A DNA stretch of 64,000 nucleotides from Candidatus Limnocylindrales bacterium (GCA_036278755.1 DASUKL010000114.1:7659-71658), one strand, 5' to 3'; counted from the first letter of the stretch, positions 28,292 through 38,112 are shown. Program-made: numbers and translations. The notes: generated from the letters alone by a model not told the origin.

Positions 28292-30708
28292 GCCGCCGGT
28301 GCCGAACGCCTGACCGACGTGCGCCCCGCCGCGGGCCGCTTCGACGAGCGTCCGGTGCGGCCGGCCGCCGGGCGTCGGCCGCGGCTCGGACCACGCTTGC
28401 GGACCAGCGCGCTGGGCTCCGGTGGGCCGCCGGGGAGGCGTAGCCCGACGAGCTCGGTACCCGCCGCAGGCAGCTCGATGGTGGCGCCGCAAGCCAGGCA
28501 GATGGCGCCCTCCGCGCGGCGCGCCACGGGGCCCTCGTCGGCGTCGTGGAGCGCGCCCAGGGGCTCGAAGTTCGTGGTGAAGTCGCAGGCCGGATAGCGC
28601 GAGCAACCCCAGAAGACATTGCCCGTGCGTCGTGCCCGGCGGGCGGTCAGTTGCCCCTCGTGGCAGGTGGGGCAGGTCACGGCGAACGGCAGCTGGTCGG
28701 GCGGCGGTGGGCCCGACTTCTGGATGAAGTCGCAGGCGGGGTAACGCGAGCAGCCGAGGAACGGCCCGAAGCGACCCTGGCGCATGGTCAGCTGACCCTC
28801 GCCACACTTGGGACACGGCTCGCCGGCGCCGGGCAGGGCCTCGGGCTCCTCGCCCGGCAACGGCCGCGTCTCCTTGTGCTCGGGATACATCGAGCAGGCC
28901 AGGAATCGCCCGTTGCGACCAAGGCGGATGACCATGGGGTGGCCCAGCGAGCAGACCTCGTCGCTGGGCTCGGTGGTGAAGTCGGCCCGGCGGAGCTCCT
29001 GGCGCTTCTCGGCCACGCGAGCCTCCAGCGGTCCGTAGAACTCGCGCAGGAGCGGCACTGAGGCCAGCTCGCCGCGGGCCACCTCGTCGAGGCGCTCCTC
29101 CATGCGGGCCGTGAAGGCCAGGTCGACGAACTCACCGAAGTGCTCCACGAGCAGGTCGGTCACGATCTCGGCCACGATCTCCGGATGGAGCCGGCGGGCT
29201 TCGACCCGCACGTAGCCGCGATCGATGATCGTGGAGATGATCGAGGCATAGGTCGAGGGCCGACCCACACCGTGTTCCTCGAGGGCCTTGATGAGGGTGG
29301 CCTCGGTGAAGCGCGGCGGCGGCTCGGTGAAGTGCTGGCTCGGGGCGACGTCGGCCACGTCGGTCGCCTCGCCCTCCGCCAGGGCAGGCAAACGCCGCTC
29401 CTCCTCGTCGTCGGCCTGCTCGTCGTCATGGCCCTCGGTGTAGACCCGGGCGAACCCATCGAAAAGCGTCCGCGTGGCGCTGGCCCGCAGCCCGTAGCGA
29501 CCGGCGGCCAGCTCGGCCGTCGTCGTCTCGAGCCGCTTGTCGGCCATCTGCGAGGCCAGGGCGCGCTGCCAGACGAGACGGTATAGGCGCAGCTCCTCCG
29601 GTTTGAGGCTGGCCGCGACGGCGTCGGGCGTTCGGGCGAAGCTCGTCGGCCGCACGGCCTCGTGGGCCTCCTGGGCGCCGCGGACCTTGGTCTTGTGAAC
29701 GCGGCCCTTGAGCAGGGCGTAGTCATCGCCGAAGCGCTCGCGGATCACGGCCCGGGCCTCGTTCATGGCCACGCTGGCCATGGCCGTCGAGTCGGTCCGC
29801 ATGTAGGTGATGAGTCCGACCTGCCCTTCGGGAGTCTCCACACCCTCGTACAGGCGCTGGGCGATGGACATCGTCCGCTTGGGGCTGAACCCGAGCTTGC
29901 GGCTGGCCTCCTGCTGGAGGGTGCTGGTGGTGAAGGGCGGCGCCGGGCTGCGGCGCGACGTGCGGCTGCCGAGCCGCTCGACCAGCGGCCGCAGGAGGCG
30001 CAGGGCCGCGGCATGCTCCTCGGCCGCCCCGCCGTCACCGATCTCGGCCGCCTGGCCGTCGATCTTCACCAGCTCAGCCGTGAAGCGGTCCCCGCGCTCG
30101 GTCACGAGCTCGACCGCGAGGGTCCAGTACTCGCGGGCCTCGAAGGCCCGGATGGCACGCTCGCGCTCCACCACGAGGCGCACCGCGACCGACTGGACCC
30201 GGCCCGCAGAGAGGCCGCCGCGGACCTTGCGGGAGAGGAGCGGGCTGAGGGTGTAGCCCACCAGGCGGTCGACGATGCGGCGCGCCTGCTGGGCCTCGAC
30301 GAGATCGCCGTCGATGCTCCGGGGATGGGCGAAGGCCTCCCGGATGGCCGACTCGGTGATCTCGCTGAAGGTCACCCGTCGCTGCTTGTCGGCGGGCACC
30401 GAGGCCGCCTCGGCGACGTGCCAGGCGATGGCCTCGCCCTCGCGGTCGAGGTCCGTGGCCAGCCAGACGGCGTCGGCCTTGCGGGCCTCGCGGGCGATGG
30501 TCTCGACCTGCTTGCGCCGGTCGTCGGGCACGACGTAGTCCGGCCGGAAGTCGTGCTCGACATCGACCCCGAACTTGCCCTTGCCGGGATTCTCGGGGAG
30601 GTCGCGCACGTGGCCGTAGGAGGCGAGGACGTGGTAGTCGGGGCCGAGATAGCGCTCGATCGTCCGGGCCTTGGCCGGCGACTCCACGATGACGAGGTTC
30701 CTTGACAT
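28288..30708 (-). CDS. topA: DNA topoisomerase I
   Basis: TOPRIM domain (MSRNLVIVESPAKARTIERYLG), catalytic Tyr region, three C-terminal Cys4 zinc ribbons (CPKCGEG...CSRYPACDF) and a basic tail. Start at ATG 30706-30708. Confidence 0.92.
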   Translation of the reverse strand: MSRNLVIVESPAKARTIERYLGPDYHVLASYGHVRDLPENPGKGKFGVDVEHDFRPDYVVPDDRRKQVETIAREARKADAVWLATDLDREGEAIAWHVAEAASVPADKQRRVTFSEITESAIREAFAHPRSIDGDLVEAQQARRIVDRLVGYTLSPLLSRKVRGGLSAGRVQSVAVRLVVERERAIRAFEAREYWTLAVELVTERGDRFTAELVKIDGQAAEIGDGGAAEEHAAALRLLRPLVERLGSRTSRRSPAPPFTTSTLQQEASRKLGFSPKRTMSIAQRLYEGVETPEGQVGLITYMRTDSTAMASVAMNEARAVIRERFGDDYALLKGRVHKTKVRGAQEAHEAVRPTSFARTPDAVAASLKPEELRLYRLVWQRALASQMADKRLETTTAELAAGRYGLRASATRTLFDGFARVYTEGHDDEQADDEEERRLPALAEGEATDVADVAPSQHFTEPPPRFTEATLIKALEEHGVGRPSTYASIISTIIDRGYVRVEARRLHPEIVAEIVTDLLVEHFGEFVDLAFTARMEERLDEVARGELASVPLLREFYGPLEARVAEKRQELRRADFTTEPSDEVCSLGHPMVIRLGRNGRFLACSMYPEHKETRPLPGEEPEALPGAGEPCPKCGEGQLTMRQGRFGPFLGCSRYPACDFIQKSGPPPPDQLPFAVTCPTCHEGQLTARRARRTGNVFWGCSRYPACDFTTNFEPLGALHDADEGPVARRAEGAICLACGATIELPAAGTELVGLRLPGGPPEPSALVRKRGPSRGRRPAAGRTGRSSKRPAAGRTSVRRSAPAA

Positions 30709-30837
30709 CGGCCGGGAGTGTAGCACCGGCCTCTTGGCCCACCCTTCACCCCGACTCGACCGGCTCTTCACCCCGCGGGGCGGGCGCCGGGCCGGCGAGG
30801 ACGGCTCCCGCCCGGTGCTCAGCCTGGGGATCCGGGC

Positions 30838-31173
30838 TCAGACCTCCCGGATGCGGCGCAGGAAGTCCTCGTCCAGCTCGAGCTCCGGCCCCTCCCCCGC
30901 CGGCAGCTGGAGGACCTCGTCCTGGGCCGGTCGAGCCGCCTGGCCGGGCTGCCGCTCGGACGGGATCTCGATGAAGCGGATGTGGCCGATGGGGATCACG
31001 AAGGTGTTCTGGCTGGCATCGATGAAGACCGGCCGCTTGCCGTCCACGGTCCGCAGGTTGGTGCACACGAGGCACACGTCGCCGGCCGCCGGGAGGGCCG
31101 GCAGGTCGGCCAGCAGCGGCTGCTCACCCTGCATGTGGATCACGGCGTCGCGGATCACCCCGCCCCCTGCCAC
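30838..31173 (-). CDS. Small hypothetical protein (~111 aa), translationally coupled to the upstream CAP-domain gene
   Basis: GGAGG 6 nt before GTG 31173. VAGGGVIRDAVIHMQGEQPL...VCLVCTNLRTVDGKRPVFIDASQNTFVIPIGHIRFIEI... then an acidic tail. No recognisable family. Alternative ATG start at ~31128. Confidence 0.4.
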   Translation of the reverse strand: MAGGGVIRDAVIHMQGEQPLLADLPALPAAGDVCLVCTNLRTVDGKRPVFIDASQNTFVIPIGHIRFIEIPSERQPGQAARPAQDEVLQLPAGEGPELELDEDFLRRIREV

Positions 31174-31175
31174 GG

Positions 31176-32906
31176 TCAGCCTCCGTAGAAGTCCGAGTTG
31201 TAGACGACCCGGCCGCCCGACGACCAGAGCCCGATGCCGACGGAGTGGAAGGCGGGGCTCATGAGGTTGCGCCAGTGGCCGCCGTTGGTCGCCTTCTCGT
31301 CCTGGAAGAAGAGGACCACCCGGATGGCGCCCTGGTAGGCGCCGCCGCTCCACTGACCCAGGTTCTCGCCCCAGGTCGGGTTCGTGTAGCCGCAGGCCCG
31401 GAGGCGATCGCCGGGCCCGGTGTACGGGCTGCCGCCGTAGTGCTCGAGCAGGCCATGGGTGGCCAGGTAGCGGGCCCATGGTCGGGTGGCGCAGTCCGAG
31501 ATGCCGCTGCTGAGCTTGAGCGGCGCGAGGCCGTTGCTGCCGCGCCCGGTGCACGAGCCGTCACTGTGGACCCAACCGCCGGTATGGGTGCAGTTGAGGA
31601 GGTTCAGGTAGTACAGCTCGACCGACTTCAGCGGGGCGCTCGAGGTCGGGGGGGCCTTCGGCTTGGGGGTCGCTGTGGTCACCGGCTTGGGCTTGCTGGC
31701 CACGGCGGTCCTGATCACCGGCTTGGGCTTGGCCGCGGTGGTGAAAGCGAAGTCGCTGACCACGGCGCTCGGGTCGGCGGCCATCGTCACCCCGGCCGAG
31801 GAGATGGCGCTGCCGTCGATCGTCACGCTGTAGGTGTGGCTGTAGCCGAGCGGCGAGCGTGGGGTCCAGGCCACGACCGTGTCACCTTCGTACCAGGCGA
31901 ACGTGCCCGCGCTGGTGGCCAGGCCGCTGATGTGGAAAGCCGCCTCCGTGGCGGCGGGCTGCATGGCCATCGTGAAGCGAACGCTGATGACCTGGCTGCG
32001 GGCCACGTCCTTGCTCTTGTCCGACGGCCGGGCCCGGATCACGGCCGGCCGGGCGAGGGTGCTGATGGCCAGCTTGACGGGAGCAGCCATCGTGACCCCG
32101 TCGGGGTCGGCCACCGAGGCCGCCAGATGGAAGGTGTAGTCGGCGTCGGCGTCGAGCGGTCCGGCCGGCAGCCACTGGAAGTGCTGGATCCCGTCGCCGG
32201 CCGGCCCGGCATCGACGACGGAGACGATCCGACCGGGCGCGGCCGGCGTCACGGAGAAGGCCCGGCGCACGGAGTCCTGATCGACAGGCTCGGAAAAGGC
32301 GATGTCGACCCCGCTCTTGGGCGTCGCCCGGCTGCCGTCACCACCCATGACGGAGAGGGTCGCCGTGGGCCGGGCCCGGGTGAGGAACGTGGCGCTGACG
32401 CCTGCCCCGAGGGCCTTGCCGGCGCGATCCTGCGCCGTGCCCGCGATGCGCACGGCGTAGAGCTGACTGGGATCCCAGGCCGTCTGCGGGCTGACGTCGA
32501 GATGACGGCCGTCGCTCGTCCAGTGGAGCACCACGGGCGTGGCCGGATCGACGGACAGGGCCTGGCGCACCGAGGCCTGGTCCATGGGCGTCGTGAAGTC
32601 GAACGGCACGGAGCGCCCCACCCGGAAGCCGGTGACCAGGGGTGACGAGAGGCGGACGACGGCGCCGGGATCGATGGTCGGGGTCAGGTGCGCGTTGGCC
32701 GCTGGGGTCGCGGTGCTGGCGGCGGCGAGGCTCAGGAGCGCCACGGCGATGACCGCTGCCCCAGCCCGGACGAGGGGCTGTCGGCGGGCCAGCGGGGCGA
32801 GGTAGAGGGCACCGAGCACAGGCAGGCCGAGAAGGGCCGCGATCGCCTTACGCAATAACCGGACTCCCGTCGTTCGGCCTGGACCGCCGCTGGGGCGACG
32901 GCCCAT
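31176..32906 (-). CDS. Secreted/membrane-anchored protein with three Ig-like (Big-type) repeats and a C-terminal CAP/SCP/PR-1-like domain
   Basis: N-terminal hydrophobic segments. Three repeated ~100-aa modules (…SVDPATPVVLHW…, …SVTPAAPGRIVSV…, …HISGLATSAGTFAW…). C-terminal CTHTGGWVHSDGSC...GGHWRNLMSPAFHSVGIGLW typical of the CAP superfamily. Confidence 0.65.
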   Translation of the reverse strand: MGRRPSGGPGRTTGVRLLRKAIAALLGLPVLGALYLAPLARRQPLVRAGAAVIAVALLSLAAASTATPAANAHLTPTIDPGAVVRLSSPLVTGFRVGRSVPFDFTTPMDQASVRQALSVDPATPVVLHWTSDGRHLDVSPQTAWDPSQLYAVRIAGTAQDRAGKALGAGVSATFLTRARPTATLSVMGGDGSRATPKSGVDIAFSEPVDQDSVRRAFSVTPAAPGRIVSVVDAGPAGDGIQHFQWLPAGPLDADADYTFHLAASVADPDGVTMAAPVKLAISTLARPAVIRARPSDKSKDVARSQVISVRFTMAMQPAATEAAFHISGLATSAGTFAWYEGDTVVAWTPRSPLGYSHTYSVTIDGSAISSAGVTMAADPSAVVSDFAFTTAAKPKPVIRTAVASKPKPVTTATPKPKAPPTSSAPLKSVELYYLNLLNCTHTGGWVHSDGSCTGRGSNGLAPLKLSSGISDCATRPWARYLATHGLLEHYGGSPYTGPGDRLRACGYTNPTWGENLGQWSGGAYQGAIRVVLFFQDEKATNGGHWRNLMSPAFHSVGIGLWSSGGRVVYNSDFYGG

Positions 32907-32987
32907 CCCCCTGGCCTGATGGCGCCGCGCAGCCTACCAGAGGGCCAGCGGTCGTGCAGGTCAGGGCACGGCGGTCCGATGGTGCTT

Positions 32988-34148
32988 TCAGGCACCGGCG
33001 AGCAGCGGACCGGCGGGCAGGTAGGTCGCGCCACTGGCCTGGGCCCAGCCGCGGAGCTGGAGCAGACCGAGCGCGCTGGCCACCGTGGCCGGGGCCAGGC
33101 CGGTGGCGGCCACGAGCTGGTCGAGGTCGGCAGGCCCGGCGCCCAGGCGCTGCGCCACGGCCCGTTCGGCCGGGCCGAGGCCTTCCTGCCCAGGTTCCGC
33201 ATGGCGTCTCGGCGACGCCTCCGGCCCGGGCGCCAGGGCCAGGCGGGGGTCGATCCCGGCGTCGGCCAGGGCCTCGTCGAGGCCGATCAGCGGCCGTGCT
33301 TCGGTCTCGCGCAGGAGACGGAGGCAGCCCGCGGTCCGGACCTCACCCGGTCGACCGGGGGCGACGAGCAGGTTGCGGCCCTGTTCGAGGGCATGGTGGG
33401 CCGTATTGATCGCCCCGCTGCGGGCCGGCGCCTCGACGACCATGACCGTGTCCGCCAGGCCGCTGAGGATCCGGTTGCGGCGGGGGTAGGTGCCGCGCGT
33501 CGCGGCGGCTAGAGGCCCGAGCTCGGAGACGACGGCCCCGCCGCTGTCGACGATGTCCCGCATCAGCCGCCGATGGGCCCGTGGGCCTGGGGCCCGATGG
33601 CCGGCTCCGATGACGGCCACGGTCCGGCCGCCGCGGGCCACCACGGCGGCGTGCGCGGCGCCATCGATGCCGATGGCCAACCCCGAGACGACCACGACCC
33701 CGACCTCGGCCAGCCGGTCGCCCAGCCGACTGGCCAATAGCCGCCCAGCAGGCGTCGGCCGACGGGTCCCCACGACGGCCACGGCCCGGACCGCCTCGAG
33801 GGACGCCACCTCGCCCCAGCCATGCAGGGTGACGGGCGGGTCGGCCAGGCCCCGAAGGCGGGCCGGCCAGCGCTCGTCGAGGGGCGTCAGGGTCCACAGC
33901 CCCAGCCGGCGGAGCGGGGTCTGGAGGCTCTGTGGGTCGGCGGCCGCCTGGACCAGGGCCGCACGGACGACGTGCCGCAGCCGCAGCTCGGCGGCCAGTG
34001 GACCCAGCCGGCCGGCACGGATCGCGGCCAGGGCAGGAGCCGCGCCGCCGAAGTGGCCGACCAGCCGGCCGAAGGTCAGGAGGCCGACCCCTTCCACCAG
34101 GGACAGGCTGATCCAGGCCGCCCGCTCCTCGGGATCCAGGCCGCCCAT
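32988..34148 (-). CDS. dprA: DNA processing protein A (Smf)
   Basis: Rossmann-like DprA core (VAVVGTRRPTPAGRLLASRLGDRLAEVGVVVVSGLAIGIDGAAHAAVV...RNRILSGL) plus a C-terminal winged helix. Confidence 0.88.
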   Translation of the reverse strand: MGGLDPEERAAWISLSLVEGVGLLTFGRLVGHFGGAAPALAAIRAGRLGPLAAELRLRHVVRAALVQAAADPQSLQTPLRRLGLWTLTPLDERWPARLRGLADPPVTLHGWGEVASLEAVRAVAVVGTRRPTPAGRLLASRLGDRLAEVGVVVVSGLAIGIDGAAHAAVVARGGRTVAVIGAGHRAPGPRAHRRLMRDIVDSGGAVVSELGPLAAATRGTYPRRNRILSGLADTVMVVEAPARSGAINTAHHALEQGRNLLVAPGRPGEVRTAGCLRLLRETEARPLIGLDEALADAGIDPRLALAPGPEASPRRHAEPGQEGLGPAERAVAQRLGAGPADLDQLVAATGLAPATVASALGLLQLRGWAQASGATYLPAGPLLAGA

Positions 34149-34154
34149 CGCCGC

Positions 34155-35738
34155 TCAGGCCGCCAACCGGCCGAGGGAGCCGCCATCGCCGGAACGGAGG
34201 GCGGCCGCGGCCAGGATGGAGGGCTCCTCGACCGCCTCCAGGCCGGCCAGATCCGCGATCGTACGGGCCACTCGCAGCAACCGGTGGGTGGCCCGCGCGG
34301 AGAGTCCGGTGGCCGTGGCCAGCTCGCTCAGCCGCTCGCGGGCCGCTCCACCCAGCCGTGCGGCCCGGACGAGCGAGGTGCCCACCAGCTCCGCGTTGAC
34401 CAGGCCCTGATTGCGAGCCAGGGCCCGTGCACGTGCCGCTGCGATCCGCTCCGCGACGACCCGGCTGGCCTCGGCTGGCCCGCTGGAGAGCAGGTCGGCC
34501 GGGGGCACGCGCCGCAGCTCCACCCGCAGGTCGAGGCGGTCAAGCAGCGGGCCACTGACCTTGCGCTGATAGCGCTCCGGCTCGTTCAGCCCACAGCGGC
34601 AGGCAACCTCCGGATCGCCGTCGTAGCCGCAGCGGCAGGGATTCATGGCCGCCACCAGCTGGACGCGGGCCGGATAGGTCACCTGGCCGCTAGCCCGCGC
34701 GAGGTGGATCGTGCCCTCCTCCAGCGGCTGACGGAGGGCGTCGAGGACGAAGCGGTCGAACTCGGCCAGTTCGTCGAGGAAGAGGACGCCGCGATGGGCA
34801 AGGGAGACGAGGCCCGGCATCAGCCGCGGCCCGCCACCGACCACGGCCACATAGGAGCTGGTGTGGTGCGGCGCCCGGAAGGGCCGGGCCCGGCGCAGGG
34901 TCGGCTCGGGGCCCAGGAGGCCGGCCACGCTCTCGATGACGGCCAGCTCGAGGGCCTCGCTCGGCCCGAGGGGTGGGAGCAGGCCGGGGATCGTCCGGGC
35001 CAGCAGCGTCTTGCCCGCCCCTGGAGGCCCGACCATCAGCAGGTTGTGGCCGCCGGCCAAGGCGATCTCCAGGGCCCAGCGCGCGGCGGCCTGACCGCGG
35101 ATGTCGGCCAGGTCGACCGCCTCGGCGCTGGCCGGGTCCACGGGCGGCGCGACCTCTCCGAGCCCCCCTGCCGTGGGTGCCGAGACGAGCACCGGCGGTC
35201 GCCGGGTGGCAGCCTGCGCCCGCCGGCCGCGTGGTCCGGCCACGAGCCGGACGGCGTCGTCGAGCCCGTCCAGGCCGTAGGCCTCGACGCCCGCGACGAG
35301 GCGCGCCTCGCCCACGTTAGGCGACGGCACCCCGACCCGCCGATGGCCCCGCCGGACGAGCGTGGCGACCATCGGCAGGACCCCGGCCACGGGCCGGATC
35401 GAGCCGTCGAGGGAGAGCTCACCGAGCAGGGCCAGGGGCCCGCCGCCAGCCCGCAGCTGACCCGAGGCGACGAGGATCCCCACGGCGATAGCGAGGTCAT
35501 AGGCCGCGCCGCGCTTGCGGCGGTCGGCGGGGGCCAGGTTGACCGTGATGCGGCTGGCCGGATAGTCGTAGCCGGCGTTGCGAACGGCCGCGCGGACGCG
35601 TTCCCGAGCCTCTGACAGCGCCGCGTCGGGCAGGCCCACGATGTGGCACGAAGGCAGGCCCGGGGCGACATCGACCTCGACCCGGATCAGGGCCCCGTCG
35701 AGGCCGTCGATGACGGCCGTGATGAGCGTGGCGAGCAT
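34155..35738 (-). CDS. comM: YifB/ComM family Mg-chelatase-like AAA+ ATPase
   Basis: N-terminal Lon-like domain, Walker A GPPGAGKT, sensor motifs, C-terminal Mg-chelatase helical domain. Directly upstream of dprA. Confidence 0.88.
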   Translation of the reverse strand: MLATLITAVIDGLDGALIRVEVDVAPGLPSCHIVGLPDAALSEARERVRAAVRNAGYDYPASRITVNLAPADRRKRGAAYDLAIAVGILVASGQLRAGGGPLALLGELSLDGSIRPVAGVLPMVATLVRRGHRRVGVPSPNVGEARLVAGVEAYGLDGLDDAVRLVAGPRGRRAQAATRRPPVLVSAPTAGGLGEVAPPVDPASAEAVDLADIRGQAAARWALEIALAGGHNLLMVGPPGAGKTLLARTIPGLLPPLGPSEALELAVIESVAGLLGPEPTLRRARPFRAPHHTSSYVAVVGGGPRLMPGLVSLAHRGVLFLDELAEFDRFVLDALRQPLEEGTIHLARASGQVTYPARVQLVAAMNPCRCGYDGDPEVACRCGLNEPERYQRKVSGPLLDRLDLRVELRRVPPADLLSSGPAEASRVVAERIAAARARALARNQGLVNAELVGTSLVRAARLGGAARERLSELATATGLSARATHRLLRVARTIADLAGLEAVEEPSILAAAALRSGDGGSLGRLAA

Positions 35739-35843
35739 GGTTCCAGGCTAGCGGCCGACACTCCACACCGGCTCACCGCGCGATCGACGCCGCCTTCCCT
35801 CCCTGCTCCACTGAGCCGCGGCGGGCGTCTCGGGGAACGCCGC

Positions 35844-37046
35844 TCAGGTGCGGGCCGGGACCCCGCTGGCGGCAGCCACGAGGCGCGAGGCCGGGGCCGG
35901 GGCTGGGGCAGACTTATCGATGACCCGCACGAACTCCAGCACCGCCCGCCCGAGCACGGTGTCTTGCTTGTCGACCATGAACGGATGGCCGCTGTTGAGG
36001 GCGCTGATGGCGCCCCGGTACTCGTTGACGATCTGATGGTCGATCTTCCGCCGCAGGGCGCCCTCGGCCGTCCGGGCCGTGATGCCGGTGAAGGCGTTGC
36101 TGCGGTTGAGGACGAGCTCCATCTTGTCGGGCGGCAGGCCCAGGTTGGCCATCGTCTCGAGGATCAGGCGCACGTTCTTGAGGCAGGACAGGTCGGCGGT
36201 CATGACGACGAAGATTGTGTCCGCGGCGGTGATGACGTCGAGGCTGTTGTCGTCGAGGCGCTTGTCGATGTCGACGATGACGTAGTCGTACATATCGCGC
36301 AGGGTGGCCAGGATGCGGGCCATGTGATGGGACTCGGCGCTGACCAGGTCGGCCGTCTCCGGCGATGGGGGGGCCAGCAGCAGGTCGACCCCGGAATCGT
36401 GCTTGACGACGACGGAGCGGATGAGCTCCTGGTCGATCGAGGAAGCACTCACCACGTCGACGATCGACTTGCGATCGAGGCCCAGGTCGAGGAACACGCG
36501 ATGGTCGCCGAACTGGAGGTTGCCGTCGACGAGCACGACCCGTCGGCCCAGCTCCCGGTGGAGGGCGATGGCGGCGTTGATGGCCAGGGTCGTCGTGCCG
36601 ACCCCGCCCTTGGCCCCGTAGTAGGCCTGGACCCGGCCCAGGGGCGGTCGGCCGACGAGCTGCTCGCGGGGCGCGAAACGGGCCAGGAGGGCCTTGATGC
36701 GGGCCAGCAGCTCGGCCGGGTGGAAGGGCTTGACCTGGAGGTCGTCGGCCCCCGCCCGGAGGCCCTTCACCTTCTGCGTGGCGTCGGTGTCGGCGGTCAG
36801 GAGGATGATCGGCACGTGGCCCCCCCCGACCTCGCCGGCCCGGATGCGGCTGGTCAGCCCCAGGCCGTCGATCTTGGGCAGGAGGATGTCGACCAGGAGG
36901 AGGTCCGGCGCATCCGACTCGAAGCGGCTCAGCCCTTCCTCGCCATCGGTCGCGAGGCTGACCTCGTAGCCTTCCTGGCGCAGGGTATAGGTCAGCAAGC
37001 GCTGGATGTTGGGGTCGTCGTCGACGACGAGGATCCTGCCGGGCAT
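35844..37046 (-). CDS. Response-regulator receiver domain fused to a ParA/MinD-type ATPase (CpaE-like), orphan
   Basis: MPGRILVVDDDPNIQRLL...LLLVDILLP (REC domain with phospho-acceptor Asp), then deviant Walker A GAKGGVGTTTLAIN. True start at ATG 37046; six-frame ORF over-extended to 37112. Confidence 0.8.
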   Translation of the reverse strand: MPGRILVVDDDPNIQRLLTYTLRQEGYEVSLATDGEEGLSRFESDAPDLLLVDILLPKIDGLGLTSRIRAGEVGGGHVPIILLTADTDATQKVKGLRAGADDLQVKPFHPAELLARIKALLARFAPREQLVGRPPLGRVQAYYGAKGGVGTTTLAINAAIALHRELGRRVVLVDGNLQFGDHRVFLDLGLDRKSIVDVVSASSIDQELIRSVVVKHDSGVDLLLAPPSPETADLVSAESHHMARILATLRDMYDYVIVDIDKRLDDNSLDVITAADTIFVVMTADLSCLKNVRLILETMANLGLPPDKMELVLNRSNAFTGITARTAEGALRRKIDHQIVNEYRGAISALNSGHPFMVDKQDTVLGRAVLEFVRVIDKSAPAPAPASRLVAAASGVPART

Positions 37047-37094
37047 CGTTCCCCTTCGCTGGGTCGGCACTCGGTCGAGGGCTGTCCGGTCGAC

Positions 37095-37126
37095 CGCGGT
37101 GCGGTGTCGCACCGATGATACCGCGG
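37095..37126 (-). terminator. Candidate stem-loop downstream of the stomatin gene (CCGCGGTGCG-GTGT-CGCACCG...CCGCGG)
   Basis: GC-rich inverted repeat seen between the SPFH gene end and the REC-MinD gene start. No U-tract. Confidence 0.25.
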
Positions 37127-37167
37127 CCTTCGCGCCGCGCCGACCCCCCTCCGAAGTACCGGTCGCC

Positions 37168-38055
37168 CTAGCCCTCCTGGGCTGGCGCCATACCCTTGTC
37201 CACGAAGCCGCCGATGCCGCTCAGGAGGTTGGTGAACTCGAGGGGGATGACGAACTTGGTGGCCGGTCCGGCGCCCAGCTGCTTGAGGGCTTCCAGGTAC
37301 TGGAGGGCCATCGTCTTGTCGTCGACGCCCTTGGCCGCGTTGAAGATGCGCTCGAGGGCCTGGCTGAAGCCTTCGGCATTGAGGATCGCCGCCTGGCGCT
37401 GGCCCTCGGCCCGCAGGATGGCGGCCTGCTTCTCGCCCTCGGCGACGTTGATGTTGGCCTGCCGGGCACCCTCCGACTCGGTGATCACCGCCCGCCGCGT
37501 CCGCTCGGCCGAGAGCTGGCGGTTCATCGCCTCCTGGACCTCCCGGGGCGGCACGATCTCGCGGATCTCGACGGTCGTGATCTTGCCGCCCCAGCGCTCG
37601 GTCTGCTCGTCCAGCCGGGCCCGCAGGACCTCGTTGATCTGATCGCGCTTGGACAGGACGTCGTCGAGCGGGATGTCGCCGATGACCGCCCGGAGGGTGG
37701 TCGTGGCGATGCCCTGCAGGGCGCCGGCGAAGTTGACCACGTTGACCACGCTCTTGAGCGGATCGGCGATACGCCAGTAGATGAGGAAGTCGATGTTGAT
37801 GGGGGCGTTGTCCTTGGTGATCGCCGTCTGTGAGGGGACCTCGATGAACTGCTCGCGGAGGTCCACACGCATGGGCCGGTCGACGATCGGCACGATGAGG
37901 TTGACCCCGGGGCCCCGGACGAGGCCCTCGTTGGTCCGACCCAGCCGGAAGATGACCAGCTGCTGATATTGCTGGACCACGCGGATCGCGAGGTACAGGA
38001 AGATGAGGACGAAGACGATGATGACGGCGACGATGCCGGTGCCGACGGGACCCAT
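37168..38055 (-). CDS. SPFH/band-7 (stomatin/prohibitin-like) membrane protein
   Basis: N-terminal TM, SPFH core (QQLVIFRLGRTNEGLVRGPGVNLIVPIVDR...), coiled-coil C-terminus. Confidence 0.88.
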   Translation of the reverse strand: MGPVGTGIVAVIIVFVLIFLYLAIRVVQQYQQLVIFRLGRTNEGLVRGPGVNLIVPIVDRPMRVDLREQFIEVPSQTAITKDNAPINIDFLIYWRIADPLKSVVNVVNFAGALQGIATTTLRAVIGDIPLDDVLSKRDQINEVLRARLDEQTERWGGKITTVEIREIVPPREVQEAMNRQLSAERTRRAVITESEGARQANINVAEGEKQAAILRAEGQRQAAILNAEGFSQALERIFNAAKGVDDKTMALQYLEALKQLGAGPATKFVIPLEFTNLLSGIGGFVDKGMAPAQEG

Positions 38056-38112
38056 GGGGCGACCTCCCTCTGCTGCATGGCCGGTACCCGCCGGGGGGCG
38101 GGGGCCGGCTGG

